Assembly (NCBI GenBank): GCA_964106915.2
Contig: OZ066929.1
Length of the DNA: 64,000 nucleotides
Reading direction: 5' to 3' (one strand)
DNA from: Podarcis gaigeae
Lineage: Eukaryota
Each line of letters opens with the position of its first letter. Within the stretch, counting starts at the first letter, position 1. The translations under genes were made by a program, and so were the position numbers. Of the stretch, positions 39,019 through 50,021 are shown one piece after another. The notes beneath the pieces are model-generated. The model had not been told where the DNA came from, searched no databases, and was given only the letters and a program-made list of their open reading frames with translations.

Positions 39019-40839
39019 ATGGCCGGGCAGCTGCTGCCGCTGCCGCTGCCGCTGCGGGTCCTGCTGGCGATGTTGGTGGCGGCGTCCCCGGGCGCCCGGG
39101 CGCTGGAGCTGCTGGGCGGCGCGGGCGTCGGGGCGTACGACGCGTCGGAGCGGCTGGGCGGCGGTCGCGGCTCGGGGCGCTGCCAGGCCATCGAGATCCC
39201 GATGTGCCAGGGGATCGGCTACAACCTGACGCGCATGCCGAACCTGCTGGGGCACGAGCATCAGGGCGAGGCGGCGCTCAAGCTGCACGAGTTCGCGCCG
39301 CTGGTGGCTTACGGCTGCCACGGCCACCTGCTCTTCTTCCTGTGCTCGCTCTACGCGCCCATGTGCACCGACCAGGTGTCCAGCAGCATCCCGGCCTGCC
39401 GGCCCATGTGCGAGCAGGCGCGCCAGCGCTGCGCGCCCATCATGGCGCACTTCCACTTCGGCTGGCCCGAGGCGCTCGACTGCGCCCGCCTGCCCACCAA
39501 GCACGACCCGCACGCCCTGTGCATGGAGGCGCCCGAGAACGCCACCGCCGAGCCCCAGCGCGGAGCCGGCATGCTCCCAGTGGCCCCTCGCCCGGCTCGG
39601 CCCGCCGTCGAGGGCAGGCCCCCTCCGGCAGGCAGCCCGCCCGGCTCGGCTCCGGGAGGCCCGTGCGCCAACGGCGACAAGTTCCAGTTCGTGGCCAAGA
39701 GCGCGTCGTGCGCCCCGCGCTGCTCCCCGGGAGTGGACGTGTACTGGGCGCGTCGCGACAAGGACTTCGCCTTCATCTGGATGGCCGTGTGGGCCACGCT
39801 CTGCTTCGCCTCCACCGCCTTCACAGTGCTGACTTTCCTGCTGGAGCCCCAGCGCTTCCAGTACCCGGAGCGGCCCATCATCTTCCTCTCCATGTGCTAC
39901 AACGTCTACTCGGTGGCCTTCCTCATCCGCTCGGTGGCCGGCGCAGAGGCCATTGCTTGTGACCGTGAGGAGGGGCAGCTCTACGTCATCCAGGAGGGCC
40001 TGGAGAGCACGGGCTGCACCCTGGTCTTCCTCCTTCTCTATTACTTCGGCATGGCCTCCTCCCTCTGGTGGGTGGTGCTCACCTTGACATGGTTCCTGGC
40101 AGCGGGGAAGAAATGGGGCCACGAGGCCATCGAGGCGCACAGCAGCTACTTCCACCTGGCCGCCTGGGGGGTCCCCGCCATGAAGACCATCGTCATCCTC
40201 ACCATGCGCAAGGTGGCCGGTGACGAGCTGACGGGCCTCTGCTACGTGGCCAGCCTGGACGTGGCCGCCCTGACGGGCTTTGTCCTCATCCCGCTGTCCT
40301 GCTACCTGGTAGTGGGCACCTCCTTCATCCTGACCGGCTTCGTGGCCCTCTTCCACATCCGCAAGATCATGAAGACGGGAGGCACCAACACAGAGAAGCT
40401 GGAGAAGCTGATGGTCAAGATTGGTGTCTTCTCCATCCTCTACACCGTCCCGGCCACCTGCGTCATCGTCTGCTACTTCTACGAGCGCCTCAACGTGGAG
40501 TATTGGACTCTCCGGGCCTTGGAGCGCGGGTGCCTGCCTTTCCCCGGGCGCCGCAGCCTAGACTGCACCCTGGAGGCCTCCGTGCCCACTGTGGCCATCT
40601 TCATGCTCAAGATCTTCATGTCCCTGGTGGTGGGCATCACCAGTGGGGTCTGGGTGTGGAGCTCCAAGACCCTGCAGACCTGGCAGAACCTCTGCAACCG
40701 GAAACTGGGGGGCAGGACTAGAGGGAAGCCCTGCAGCGGGGTGACTTGCACGGGCACCCACTGCCACTACAAGGTGCCTGCTGTGGTGCTGCACATGACC
40801 AAGACGGACCCTTACCTGGACAACCCGACGCACGTCTGA
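39019..40839 (+). CDS. FZD9: Frizzled-9, single-exon Wnt receptor (606 aa)
   Basis: Signal peptide, 10-Cys CRD (CQAIEIPMCQGIGYNLTRMPN), YPERPIIFLS, seven TM segments, KTLQTW (KTxxxW) and C-terminal LDNPTHV; position between FKBP6 and BAZ1B. ATG 39019 (ggcATGg) is preferred over the GTG at 38926. Confidence 0.97.
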   Translation: MAGQLLPLPLPLRVLLAMLVAASPGARALELLGGAGVGAYDASERLGGGRGSGRCQAIEIPMCQGIGYNLTRMPNLLGHEHQGEAALKLHEFAPLVAYGCHGHLLFFLCSLYAPMCTDQVSSSIPACRPMCEQARQRCAPIMAHFHFGWPEALDCARLPTKHDPHALCMEAPENATAEPQRGAGMLPVAPRPARPAVEGRPPPAGSPPGSAPGGPCANGDKFQFVAKSASCAPRCSPGVDVYWARRDKDFAFIWMAVWATLCFASTAFTVLTFLLEPQRFQYPERPIIFLSMCYNVYSVAFLIRSVAGAEAIACDREEGQLYVIQEGLESTGCTLVFLLLYYFGMASSLWWVVLTLTWFLAAGKKWGHEAIEAHSSYFHLAAWGVPAMKTIVILTMRKVAGDELTGLCYVASLDVAALTGFVLIPLSCYLVVGTSFILTGFVALFHIRKIMKTGGTNTEKLEKLMVKIGVFSILYTVPATCVIVCYFYERLNVEYWTLRALERGCLPFPGRRSLDCTLEASVPTVAIFMLKIFMSLVVGITSGVWVWSSKTLQTWQNLCNRKLGGRTRGKPCSGVTCTGTHCHYKVPAVVLHMTKTDPYLDNPTHV

Positions 40840-41293
40840 GGCAGGTTGGGGCCTCCAGGAAACAGCCGTGCACATAGTTTGTAGCAGGTCAAGGAGCAAG
40901 GAGCTCCCGAGAATCTCTTGGTGGGGGGGGGGAGATGGTGGGAGGCAGAAAGAGTGGCTGTTTGTGGGCATCTGGGCAGGGCAGGGGAGCAACTTTGTTA
41001 TGCTGAAGAAAGCAGCTCATGGAAGCGCCCCCCCCACTTCCCTCCCTCCAACCCCCCCACCCCAATCATATATATAGCTATGCTTCCCAGCCTTGCGGGC
41101 TGGACACCTCCGTTGCCAAAACTATTTCAGTGTTTCGTTTTGGAGGCAAGATGGGAGAGAGCATTTGTCCAAGTTTATTTAATTCTGTAATTTATTTTAG
41201 ATTTTTTTTTTTTTTGAAAAAGAAGAAATCCATTAGCTGAAAGAAATGGAAAAAGCGGGAGGGGGGGGGGAGAGAAAGAAAGAAAGAATCCCC

Positions 41294-41299
41294 AATAAA
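41294..41299 (+). terminator. Probable FZD9 polyadenylation signal
   Basis: AATAAA after a U-rich 3'UTR, followed by gtgttattt. Confidence 0.5.
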
Positions 41300-42754
41300 A
41301 CCTGGCTGTGTTATTTCAACTGAGGTCGATGCTGTTTGCAGGAATTCAGGAGGCTTTGGAAACAGCTGTTCCAAGCGCAGCATGGAGGGGAGGTGGGGGG
41401 TGAAGAGAGTTTGGGAGCGGGGAGCCTGGATGTCTGCAAGAAGAAGAGCAGCGGGGCACATCCTCTCACAGCCGGCCTGAGCTTTAGGCCTTGCCACCAG
41501 CGCGGGGAGACGGCTGGTCTGCCTTGGGGAGGCCTCCCTGCCCCCCACCCCAGCACCACCCCCTGCCCAGTTGGGGAGCTTGTACAAGTTGTTTCGAGCA
41601 GCCAAGGCCAAGGACGGGAGGCTGTCAAAATATTTTTAGCCAGGCTGGAGAGTGACAAAGCTGAGCTGGCTGTGGCAAGGCTGTGCGAGTCATCACCCAG
41701 CAGCCCACCCCGTCTCCCCCTCGGGAGTCCCCAGCGCCTGCCCATGCTGTGACCTTCAGCCTCCTCTGCCGCTGAGATCCAGGAAGGGGCAGCTGCCAGG
41801 GGCTTGGGGAGAGGCGACTGCCTCCGGTGCTCTCTGCCAACCGAGAAGCCGGCATCCAGAGAAGCTGTGTTGTGTTGGCCCAGGACATTTCAGAGGCGTT
41901 GGGCTTGGTGAAATGTCTCAAGAGCTCCAGGGAAGCTAGGAGAGTGTGGGTCGCCAGCCCCCACCTCCATATAGTGCCCGGTTGTGGTTGCGGTGGCGAA
42001 GCAGTGACTTCCCACATACCCGGCTGCCATGCCATTGCAGATGGGCTTGGCCCCTTCTTGCTGAAACACCATCCAAAGCCCCCTTCCACTCCCCAGGCCC
42101 CCATCCCTGCCTCTCACCACAGCAGGAGGGCAGGGAGCTCCTTCTTCCCCAGGGAGGCTCTGGCCAGTAGCCAAGGAGAAGCCAGCTGCTGAGCAAGCCA
42201 GGGGGCCTGGTGGGGTGGGGGTTGCAGGGATCATTTGGCAGCAGCCAGCGGGGCTGGGGTGGAGGGCAGCCTTTGAGCAAAGCCCCCTTGCTCTGCCGGG
42301 CTGCCTGGGTCAGCTGCTCAGCTCCCAGTGCTGGTTTTGGCGCCCTCCAGCCCCGCCTGGAGCCAGGCCTTCCTGCAGATGAATAATCCTTTCCACCCTG
42401 GCTCCCCTCCCATCCAGGTGACTAGCCTTGGCCCCTCCAGCTCACTAGAGTCTTCTCTGGCGCTGCTAAGGACACCAGCAGGCCTGAGGAAAGGAGAAGG
42501 GGGGGCCGTCCTGCATCAGAGGAAGCCCGCAAAACCATCTGCCATAATAAATTTGGGTTCCCCAACTTCCACCCAAGGGTAAGGCTCTAGAAATTGGGGT
42601 TCCGGCCCCCTTGAGTGATGGAACTGGGGGGAATGGGACCTTTCCAGGCTGATTCTGGCTCCAGACTCCTTTGCCCAGGGATGCTTAGCCACCAGCTGGC
42701 GGGGTAAAGGAGAGCTGGGCAGCCATGTGTGTACAGAAACATGTGTTACTACAT

Positions 42755-42953
42755 CAGAGCTTTCCAAACTTTTCATGTTGGTGACACACTTTTCAGACAT
42801 TCATCATTTTGCGACACAGAAACTTGGTTTTACTAGCAAACCGGAGGCTAAACTAACTCCGTTCCAACCCCAGGAGGAGCGTTCACACCACACACCTACA
42901 CACTGCAGCCGACACACTAACATGTCGCGTGCTGCACAGTTTGGAAAGCTCTG
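42755..42953. mobile_element. hAT-like MITE
   Basis: Perfect 16-bp TIRs cagagctttccaaact / agtttggaaagctctg; TSD decayed. Confidence 0.8.
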
Positions 42954-43381
42954 GTCTGCATGACTAAGATCTTGTACAAATAGGAGAAATGGCTGCAGGG
43001 AGTGATTTTTCCTCCCTCTCCCATAGTACTAGAGGCCAGGGTTCCCTGTAAAATTTATTGGAAGGCAAACAAAAAACACCCCTGCTGTGATGGTTACCAG
43101 CTTAGTTAGCTTGAAAAAGAGGATAGACGAATTCATGGAAGAGAAGAGGTTTGCTAGCAATGGCTGCTGCTGGTCCGGGTGTATAAGCAGAACCTCCAGA
43201 TGCAGAGGCAGTCTGCCAGGCTATTGCCTGTTGCTGGGAGGCACCAGCAGAGGAAAGTTCTTGTTCTCATGTCCTGCTTGTAAGCCTCTGAGTAGCCTGG
43301 ATGAAACTGGGCCTGATCTGGCAGCTGAAACCACTTGGATGCAGGTACTGGATCATGCCAAGCCCTCAAGTCTTGTTAGCA

Positions 43382-43633
43382 CAGGGGTCAGCAAACTTTT
43401 TCAGCAGGGAGTTGATCCACTGTCCCTCAGTCTTTGTGTGGGGCTGGACTATATTTTTTTTGGGGGGGGGGGAATGAACGAATTCATATGCCCCACAAAT
43501 AATCCAGAGATGCAATTTAAATAAAAGCGTTCTACTTATATAAAAACACACTGATTTCCGGACTGTCTGCGGGCCGGATTTAGAAGGTGATTGGGCTGGA
43601 TCTGGCCCCCAAGCCTTAGTTTACCTACCCATG
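43382..43633. mobile_element. hAT MITE with 8-bp TSD
   Basis: Imperfect TIRs caggggtcagcaaact / agtttacctacccatg; tgttagca at 43374-43381 and 43634-43641. Confidence 0.85.
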
Positions 43634-44638
43634 TGTTAGCACAATCGCATCTCCATGCTGGTGGTGGGAGGAGGGCTAGTTGGTATCCTTCAGGCACCCA
43701 ATTTGGCCCAGGGGCTGCCTGTTGCTGACCCCTCTCCCAGCTGGGCACTGAATGAACCAGGCGCCTGAGCTTCTTGCCTGCAGAAGGTGGTCTCAAGCTA
43801 ACAGCTTTCCCATCAGTTTGGGAGTGTATACTGGAGTAAAGTGCAAATGGGGTTGGATGAGGCAGTCTCTTGGGAAGAGGAGCTACGCAGAGCAGCCTTC
43901 AACAACCTGGAGCCCTCCAGTTTCTTTTGGGTTGCGGCTGCTACTGCCTCTGGGGTCAAAATACAGCTGCGCTGCCTGGGGCTGATGGGAACTGTAGTCC
44001 AAAACATCTGGAAGGCACCCGGTTGGCGAAACCTGATGCGGAGCCAGGCTGCCAAGGGTTTTTAACACCAGAGAGGAGCTCTCGTGCTGCCTGTTGCTCA
44101 CACATGCCTGCCTTTGCCAGCTGTAGGAAATGCCACTGGGATACCCAGCTCTCTTCCTGGGTCAGGGGTGCAACACCTGGCAACCAGCACTGTGGGGCAA
44201 GGTCATCCGAGGGACACCTGTCCTTCTGCTCTGGGTAGGAAGAGCAAAGTTTTGCCAGGAAGGCGGGGGGCAGTGCTAGTGACACCTGCAGAGTGGCCTT
44301 CCTGGGCAGCACCAGGAAGGGCACCCAAGTGGTGCCAGCTGCAAGCAGGCATGTGACTCCTTGCTAAGCCAGTGAGGAGAGTTTTTAATGGTGTCAACCT
44401 GGAGATGGGCTTCCAACAGGGGTGTCCCCCCCCCCTACAATGGATGTGCACAGATGCTCTGGATGTGTGTTGCATTCTCGGTTGTCATGCTTTGCACTGT
44501 GGCAGCAAAAACAGACGTCCCTCTTCCGTCAAGTGGTCCCAGATGTGATGGTGACAGCGGGGTGGGGTAGTTCTGTTGGATTTCTTGCCACCCAAGGGAG
44601 CCAGAATCACTTGGCTCTGCCTTGTGCTCTTCAACCTC

Positions 44639-44639
<1 letters not shown>

Positions 44640-44687
<48 letters not shown>
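44640..44687. repeat. (AAT)n microsatellite
   Basis: Direct reading. Confidence 0.95.
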
Positions 44688-44688
<1 letters not shown>

Positions 44689-45159
44689 TATACCCCATCC
44701 AATCTGGACTATAAATCCCATCAGCCCCTGAGACTTTGGAGTGTTGTATTAGTTTAATTTCACGGCTGAGGAAACTCGCCTTAGTGTTCCAAAGTTAGTA
44801 AATTAACAAGCTGACCCTTTTTCTGTTTACACTGATTGTCAGCAGCTCTTCAGGGTGGTGGGGAGCAGGGCTTGATTTCTTTAATAAATATTAAAAGTGG
44901 CACCAGAGGGCAAAGGCTTCACGGGGACTGTGTCACCACCCCTTCAGTATGAGGATGCAAGGCAGAGGCAATTAGAAGACGCTCTAGACAACTGTCTTCA
45001 TTGCACAATGTTTTTTTGAGATCGGCTTCTCTAGCCGATGGGTTGCAAAGTAGTGGTAAATTATGTCAGGTGGTTTCCTGGGCCCACATGGTGAATCCAG
45101 GCTTGGGCATAACTTTCCTGAGAGAGGACCTCTGCTTGAAATATGAGACTTATCTAGAC

Positions 45160-45397
45160 CAGGGGTTGCCAAAGTGTGGTCCGCAGACCACCAGTGGGCC
45201 GTGGTGTGTCTATGGATGTGTGGTTTGAAGACAAGAGATGGCTCTTCCAGTGTACTGAATATTCACTTGGCTTTTCAGTTGTATTTTTATTATTTGTTCT
45301 ATTGCATTTTGAATTTTGCTGCAACAGGCAGAACAATAAGTGGTCTAGCAAGACCCTTAGCAATTTTCAAGTGGTTGGGGGCTTTTGAGAACCACTG
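45160..45397. mobile_element. hAT (Charlie-like) MITE
   Basis: caggggttgccaaa / tttgagaaccactg ends; 8-bp TSD atctaga(c/t). Confidence 0.8.
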
Positions 45398-46444
45398 ATC
45401 TAGATAGATGGCTGGACAAGGACTGAGCTGAAACAAGAGGGGCTTCTCAAACATCTTTAATCTCCGTGAAAAATTCTTTCCCACGCCTGTTTTTTGGGGG
45501 GTGGGTGTGCTGCAAAATGGGGTGAAATTCCAGACACAGAACATGCAGTCAGTGTTGCACTCTGATTTTGCTAGACAGGCCACCGTGTGGCCAAAGCTAG
45601 GTGGCACAGGTCTTGTGTTGCATTTGACTCCTTTGATCGTCTCAGAAAGAAGCTCCTGCTTAGAAATAAAATATGTCAAAGCTACAAATTCAGGGAGTTG
45701 GGAGCAAGCCGTATGCAGTTCAGCACGTGGAAAAGGGAGGTAGGAGGTGCTGCAGGCAACTTTTTCACTCTGCAAACCCCTCACCCAACATTTTTGCTGC
45801 TGCAAGCAAAGCAGAGGAAGAAATGAACACACTTGTGCATGTATATGACCAGTTATACAAACTGGGGCTTCTTTAGCTGCAGAGAAATGTAGGATTGGAA
45901 GCAAAAGTTCAAAGACCGGTGGCGAAGCCCATCTCTCAATTGTGGTGGAGGCTCAGTTGCCGGATCCCTCAGCCTGCAGCACAAAGCCCCTTTTGGCTCA
46001 GATCAGATTAAGTAATCCTCCCTGCCCAGCCACCCATGCAAGCAATGCAATTGCTTGGATTTTGAAGCAGTTTGTTCTTGAAAAACGCAACAGGTGCTTG
46101 TTTCTCATCAGCAGCAGCCAGTTCTAGGGCCCTTCTGTATGTAAAGCAGTTTACAGTTTTGATTGTTCCTGTAAACTCCTCTGTGATGTAGGCCACAACT
46201 TTCCCCGTTTTGCAGAAATGAAGTTATATACGTCTATGGGAGAGGCAGGAACTGAACCCAAGCCCCTCAAGAGCCAGATCTCGCAACTTGACTGCAGTGC
46301 CTTGATCCCATAGATCCCAAGCAATCAGAGGAGTTTTCCCACAGGGGGTCTGGCTTCCCTAGACTAAAACCACTAAGTTCCTTCTAGCCCAGAAAACACA
46401 GAAACATCACATCGCTTTAATGTTTTAATAGGCATGCCAAGATC

Positions 46445-46450
46445 TTTATT
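46445..46450 (-). terminator. Probable distal BAZ1B polyadenylation signal
   Basis: AATAAA on the minus strand with a GU-rich downstream element (atgtgatgtttctgtgtttt). Confidence 0.5.
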
Positions 46451-49400
46451 CAAACACCCGTGACAGCTTCAAAGATTAAAGTAGCCCAAAAGTAAGGTGG
46501 CTCGTGTGAAGAAGCCAGGCTGCAAACAGCATAGGCAGCTAACTTCTCTGGGCCACGTGCCCCCATGAGGGAGTGATGCTAACTGGTAATGAGCAAGAAA
46601 TTAATTGAATAAACCTTTTTTTTAAAAAAAAGGACTGTGGTCTGGCAGATTCTTTAAATATCACGTTTAGCATTCAAAGATGTAACTTTTCCAGTGTTTA
46701 AAGAGCCTCACTTATTTACAGGCAGCTGGTGATATAAGTGGAGCGTTGTTTTCAGGTTGGCTGTGTGGTGGCTTGAGGCTGAGGCTGGGCAATCCAGTCA
46801 GTATAATGGGAGGTCAGATCTTCGGCATCAGCTCCTACGCTCAGGCACGGCACTAGCCAAGCCTTGCAACCTACAGAGCATCCTGTTATGGGTTGAGGGT
46901 CAGATGCTCAAGCTGTACAGCTGATAAATCTCAACCCTACAAGGCTGCTGGTCTCTAGAGTTCTCACTGAAGGCATTTAAGCACAATGCCAAGAACCAGG
47001 TCGCTCATTTCATACCAAGTAATCCCGGCAGAAGTGCAGGCACCAATTCTGTATTTGTATCTCAGCCCAGGAAGAAGAGGGGTGTGTACATGTGGAGCCA
47101 AGCAAGGGTGGTCTGCAATCCCTCTGCAATTGGCCCTCATAAATGGCCTATTTGTACTCTGGCAGCCGCAAGCACAAGCTCTCTTTCCGCCCGCCTCCCT
47201 CTCACAGCCCCATGAAAGCAGCTGGATATGGGAGCCTGGAGAGAAGATGGTTTGCGCCCACCAGAGGAGCTTTCAGCGGCTTTCCCTCCCACCTCTGGGG
47301 AAGTCAGGCTTCCTGGAGGGCAGGATTATGAAAATGGGATGGAGCTGTCTGCTACCTAGAAATGGGGCTAGCACCAAGTGGCTTCTCTCTTAAACGCCCC
47401 CCGCTATCATGAGGCTCCACCAATGCTGCTCACCTCACCCATCAAGCTTAATTCTTCACCAGAGTGGCACACTAACTTCTCTTAGGGCTCTCCTGGGTGG
47501 TGGGTCCTGGGCTGCACTGGCAATTCCTGGAAGAAGTGGTGCTTTTGGAAGACCTGGTGGTCTCTGGCCTGGGTGAAGACAAGGTGATGAAGGGATGGGT
47601 GGGAGGCATAGCTTCTTTCTGCCTCAAGTCAATGCTTCTGAATCAACCTATTTGTGGACACAGCTGTTCATTGTGTGCTTTTGTATGCAAACTTTAACAG
47701 TAGCCCACCCAAAGGCAGCTCCTTGATGCAGCAGGCAGCCCTGTGGCGCAGGGACCAACGAGCAAAGCTCCACACTGGTTGGATGGCCATCTGCCAGGGA
47801 TTATTTAGTTGTGATTGCTGCCTTAACTAGGTGACCCTGCCAATGCCACATGTCTATGCTTTGCCATTGAGAGCCTCCTGGTTTGAGAAAGGTGGGTTTG
47901 CACAAAAGCCCTTCACTGCAGCTAGAAGAGAGGCAGCTAATTGGGGCCCTGCCAGCTTTCCTCATTCCTGACCGCTGGGAGTTGGGAACACAGCAGGTTC
48001 CCCATCCCCAAGGCAGAACTTTCCCTTAGAACCATCCCAGCCAAGGAAGAAGAGAAGGCAGGCAGAGGCCACAGGCTTCATCAAGAGATGCTGGAGTGAA
48101 GACAGCACCACCTTACCCTCTCCAGCCAGGCCCCAAATTTAATTTGGCTTAGTTTCTCAGACCCTAGGAAGACCAGTAAATACAAGCAGGAAGAAAAACA
48201 AGTTTTGCTTTTATATTTCCAATTTATTACAAGTACAGCCCTTAGCAGAATTCCCCCCTCCCCCAACAAACAACCTTTTCTTTAAAAAAAATGTAGTCCA
48301 AAAATGTTTCATCGTGTAGAGGTTGGAAAGGGATGGGGTTGGTAGGGCTTGATAGAACAAAAACTGAAGGGGAGAAAGTGGGCAGGTTGCAAGTGACGCC
48401 AGAGGTGTGTCTGTCAGTGCTAGAGCCCAGGCTGGAGTCCTCAGCACCACATCCTCCCGTGCACCAGGAGAAGCAAAAAGTGGCCAGGGAGAGCGAGAAT
48501 TCCTTGTTTGCAATCCCACAGCCTTGAATTCAAAGGTTGTGGGGAAATAAATGTCGCTTGAAATGGTGGAAAGTCAAAACAGAAGACTGTGAGGTGGCCA
48601 AGGCAGAAAAGAGCTGCCTCTCCACCTGGGTGATTATTGTGCAAAGGAGACCCTCCTTTGACCCAATCCAGATTCCAACATCAGGAAAGGGGAGACGAAC
48701 GAGGCAGGCTGGATGGGGTATGGCTAGGAAAAGAGGGAAGAACGAAGCTACGAAGTGTACAACCCCAATGGGTTCCCTGGGCCAACTCCCAGCTACTTTA
48801 TCTAAGAAAAAACAAGTGGTTTATAGAGGGGGCCAGGAGGAAGGAATATAAAGCAAACACATCCTCATATAAACTGTACAGTACATGTCAGAGCAAAGAC
48901 GACTGTATCTTACAAGGCGTTTTGTACAAGGTCACTGCTGGAAACAAGAATCTTAACTAGAGAAAAAAATAAAGATTGAAAGTCAAAGAACCAGCGTTCC
49001 TCCTGCCAAACTGCAGGATTTATCACACTCTGCTCCTGGGGCAGGGGAGGCCGGAGGGTGGGGAGAGCAACTTTCCCTCTGCTGCATCCAAAATAAGGAG
49101 GCTGGAGAGAGACAAGCACCCCCAAAGCTGGTCTGCACAGAGATGCTGGTGAAAAAAAGGGGGAGTCACTCTGGAAAAGTAAGTGCTTGCCCGCCCTCCA
49201 AGGCGGCTTCCTCTTCTGCTCAAGGGGGCTGGTCAAGAAAGACAATCTGTCAGCCTATGGGGTTGGGCATCCAAAGTGGAGCATGGCAGCCTGGACCTGT
49301 CCCTGGCTGCCAGGAGCGCAGAGGAGAGGAAGGTGACCATTGTGGTTCAGGAGACCCTCGTCCCATCCCCTGCTGTGCCCAGGCTAGAGGGGACTCCCTC

Positions 49401-49651
49401 CACTTATCCCCCTGGCCCTCCTGCCTTCTAAAAACCTGCAAGAATTGCCTGTGCTGCTGCTGAGGAATTACTAAGCCATCTTTCCCAGTTGAGGGCTGAT
49501 CAAATGCTTTCAGAAAGTTGCTGAGAGTTAAGCTAGAGCGAGCTGAGGGAAAGCCAGGTGGCCCCTGCCGCCTCCCAGCTCCCTTCGCTGCAGCCTGCGC
49601 AAAGCCGGCTCCAACCGCATCCCGTCCGGAACGTGGAGAGGGGGCGGCCCT

Positions 49652-50021
49652 TCATTTCTTCCTCTTCCGCCCCCTCGAGTACTCCAGTGCCTCGGGGTCG
49701 CTGTCCCCATCCGCCTCCTCCAGTCCTTGGCTGGGTGGGGCCAGAGGCCGCTTGTGTTTCCGTCGCGAGTACATGTGGCCAGGGAGGTGTTTGTGCATCA
49801 TGTCAATCAAGCACTGTTCCGTCTTCTCCAGGCAAGAGAGGACATGGCTGCCATTCTGGTTGTACTGCTCGGCGTTGGCAAAGACCTGCTTGATGTCAGA
49901 AAGGAAATCCTGCACCGAGCGGTAGCTGCCGCACGAGCACTTGCTTTGCATGGTCTGGAAGTCCATGGGGCTGCTGATCACCTCAAAGTAATCCTCCGCC
50001 TCCTCAGTGGTCACCGGCTCC
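49652..50021 (-). CDS. BAZ1B: BAZ1B last coding exon (bromodomain C-part)
   Basis: ccttggcag|G EPVTTEEAEDYFEVISSPMDFQ...SRGRKRKK*. Confidence 0.94.

Noticed and set aside
38614-40356. 580-aa antisense ORF and 323-aa alternate-frame ORF over FZD9
   Set aside because: Expected shadow ORFs of a CDS with very high GC3; low-complexity Arg/Ala/Gly products with no recognisable domain.
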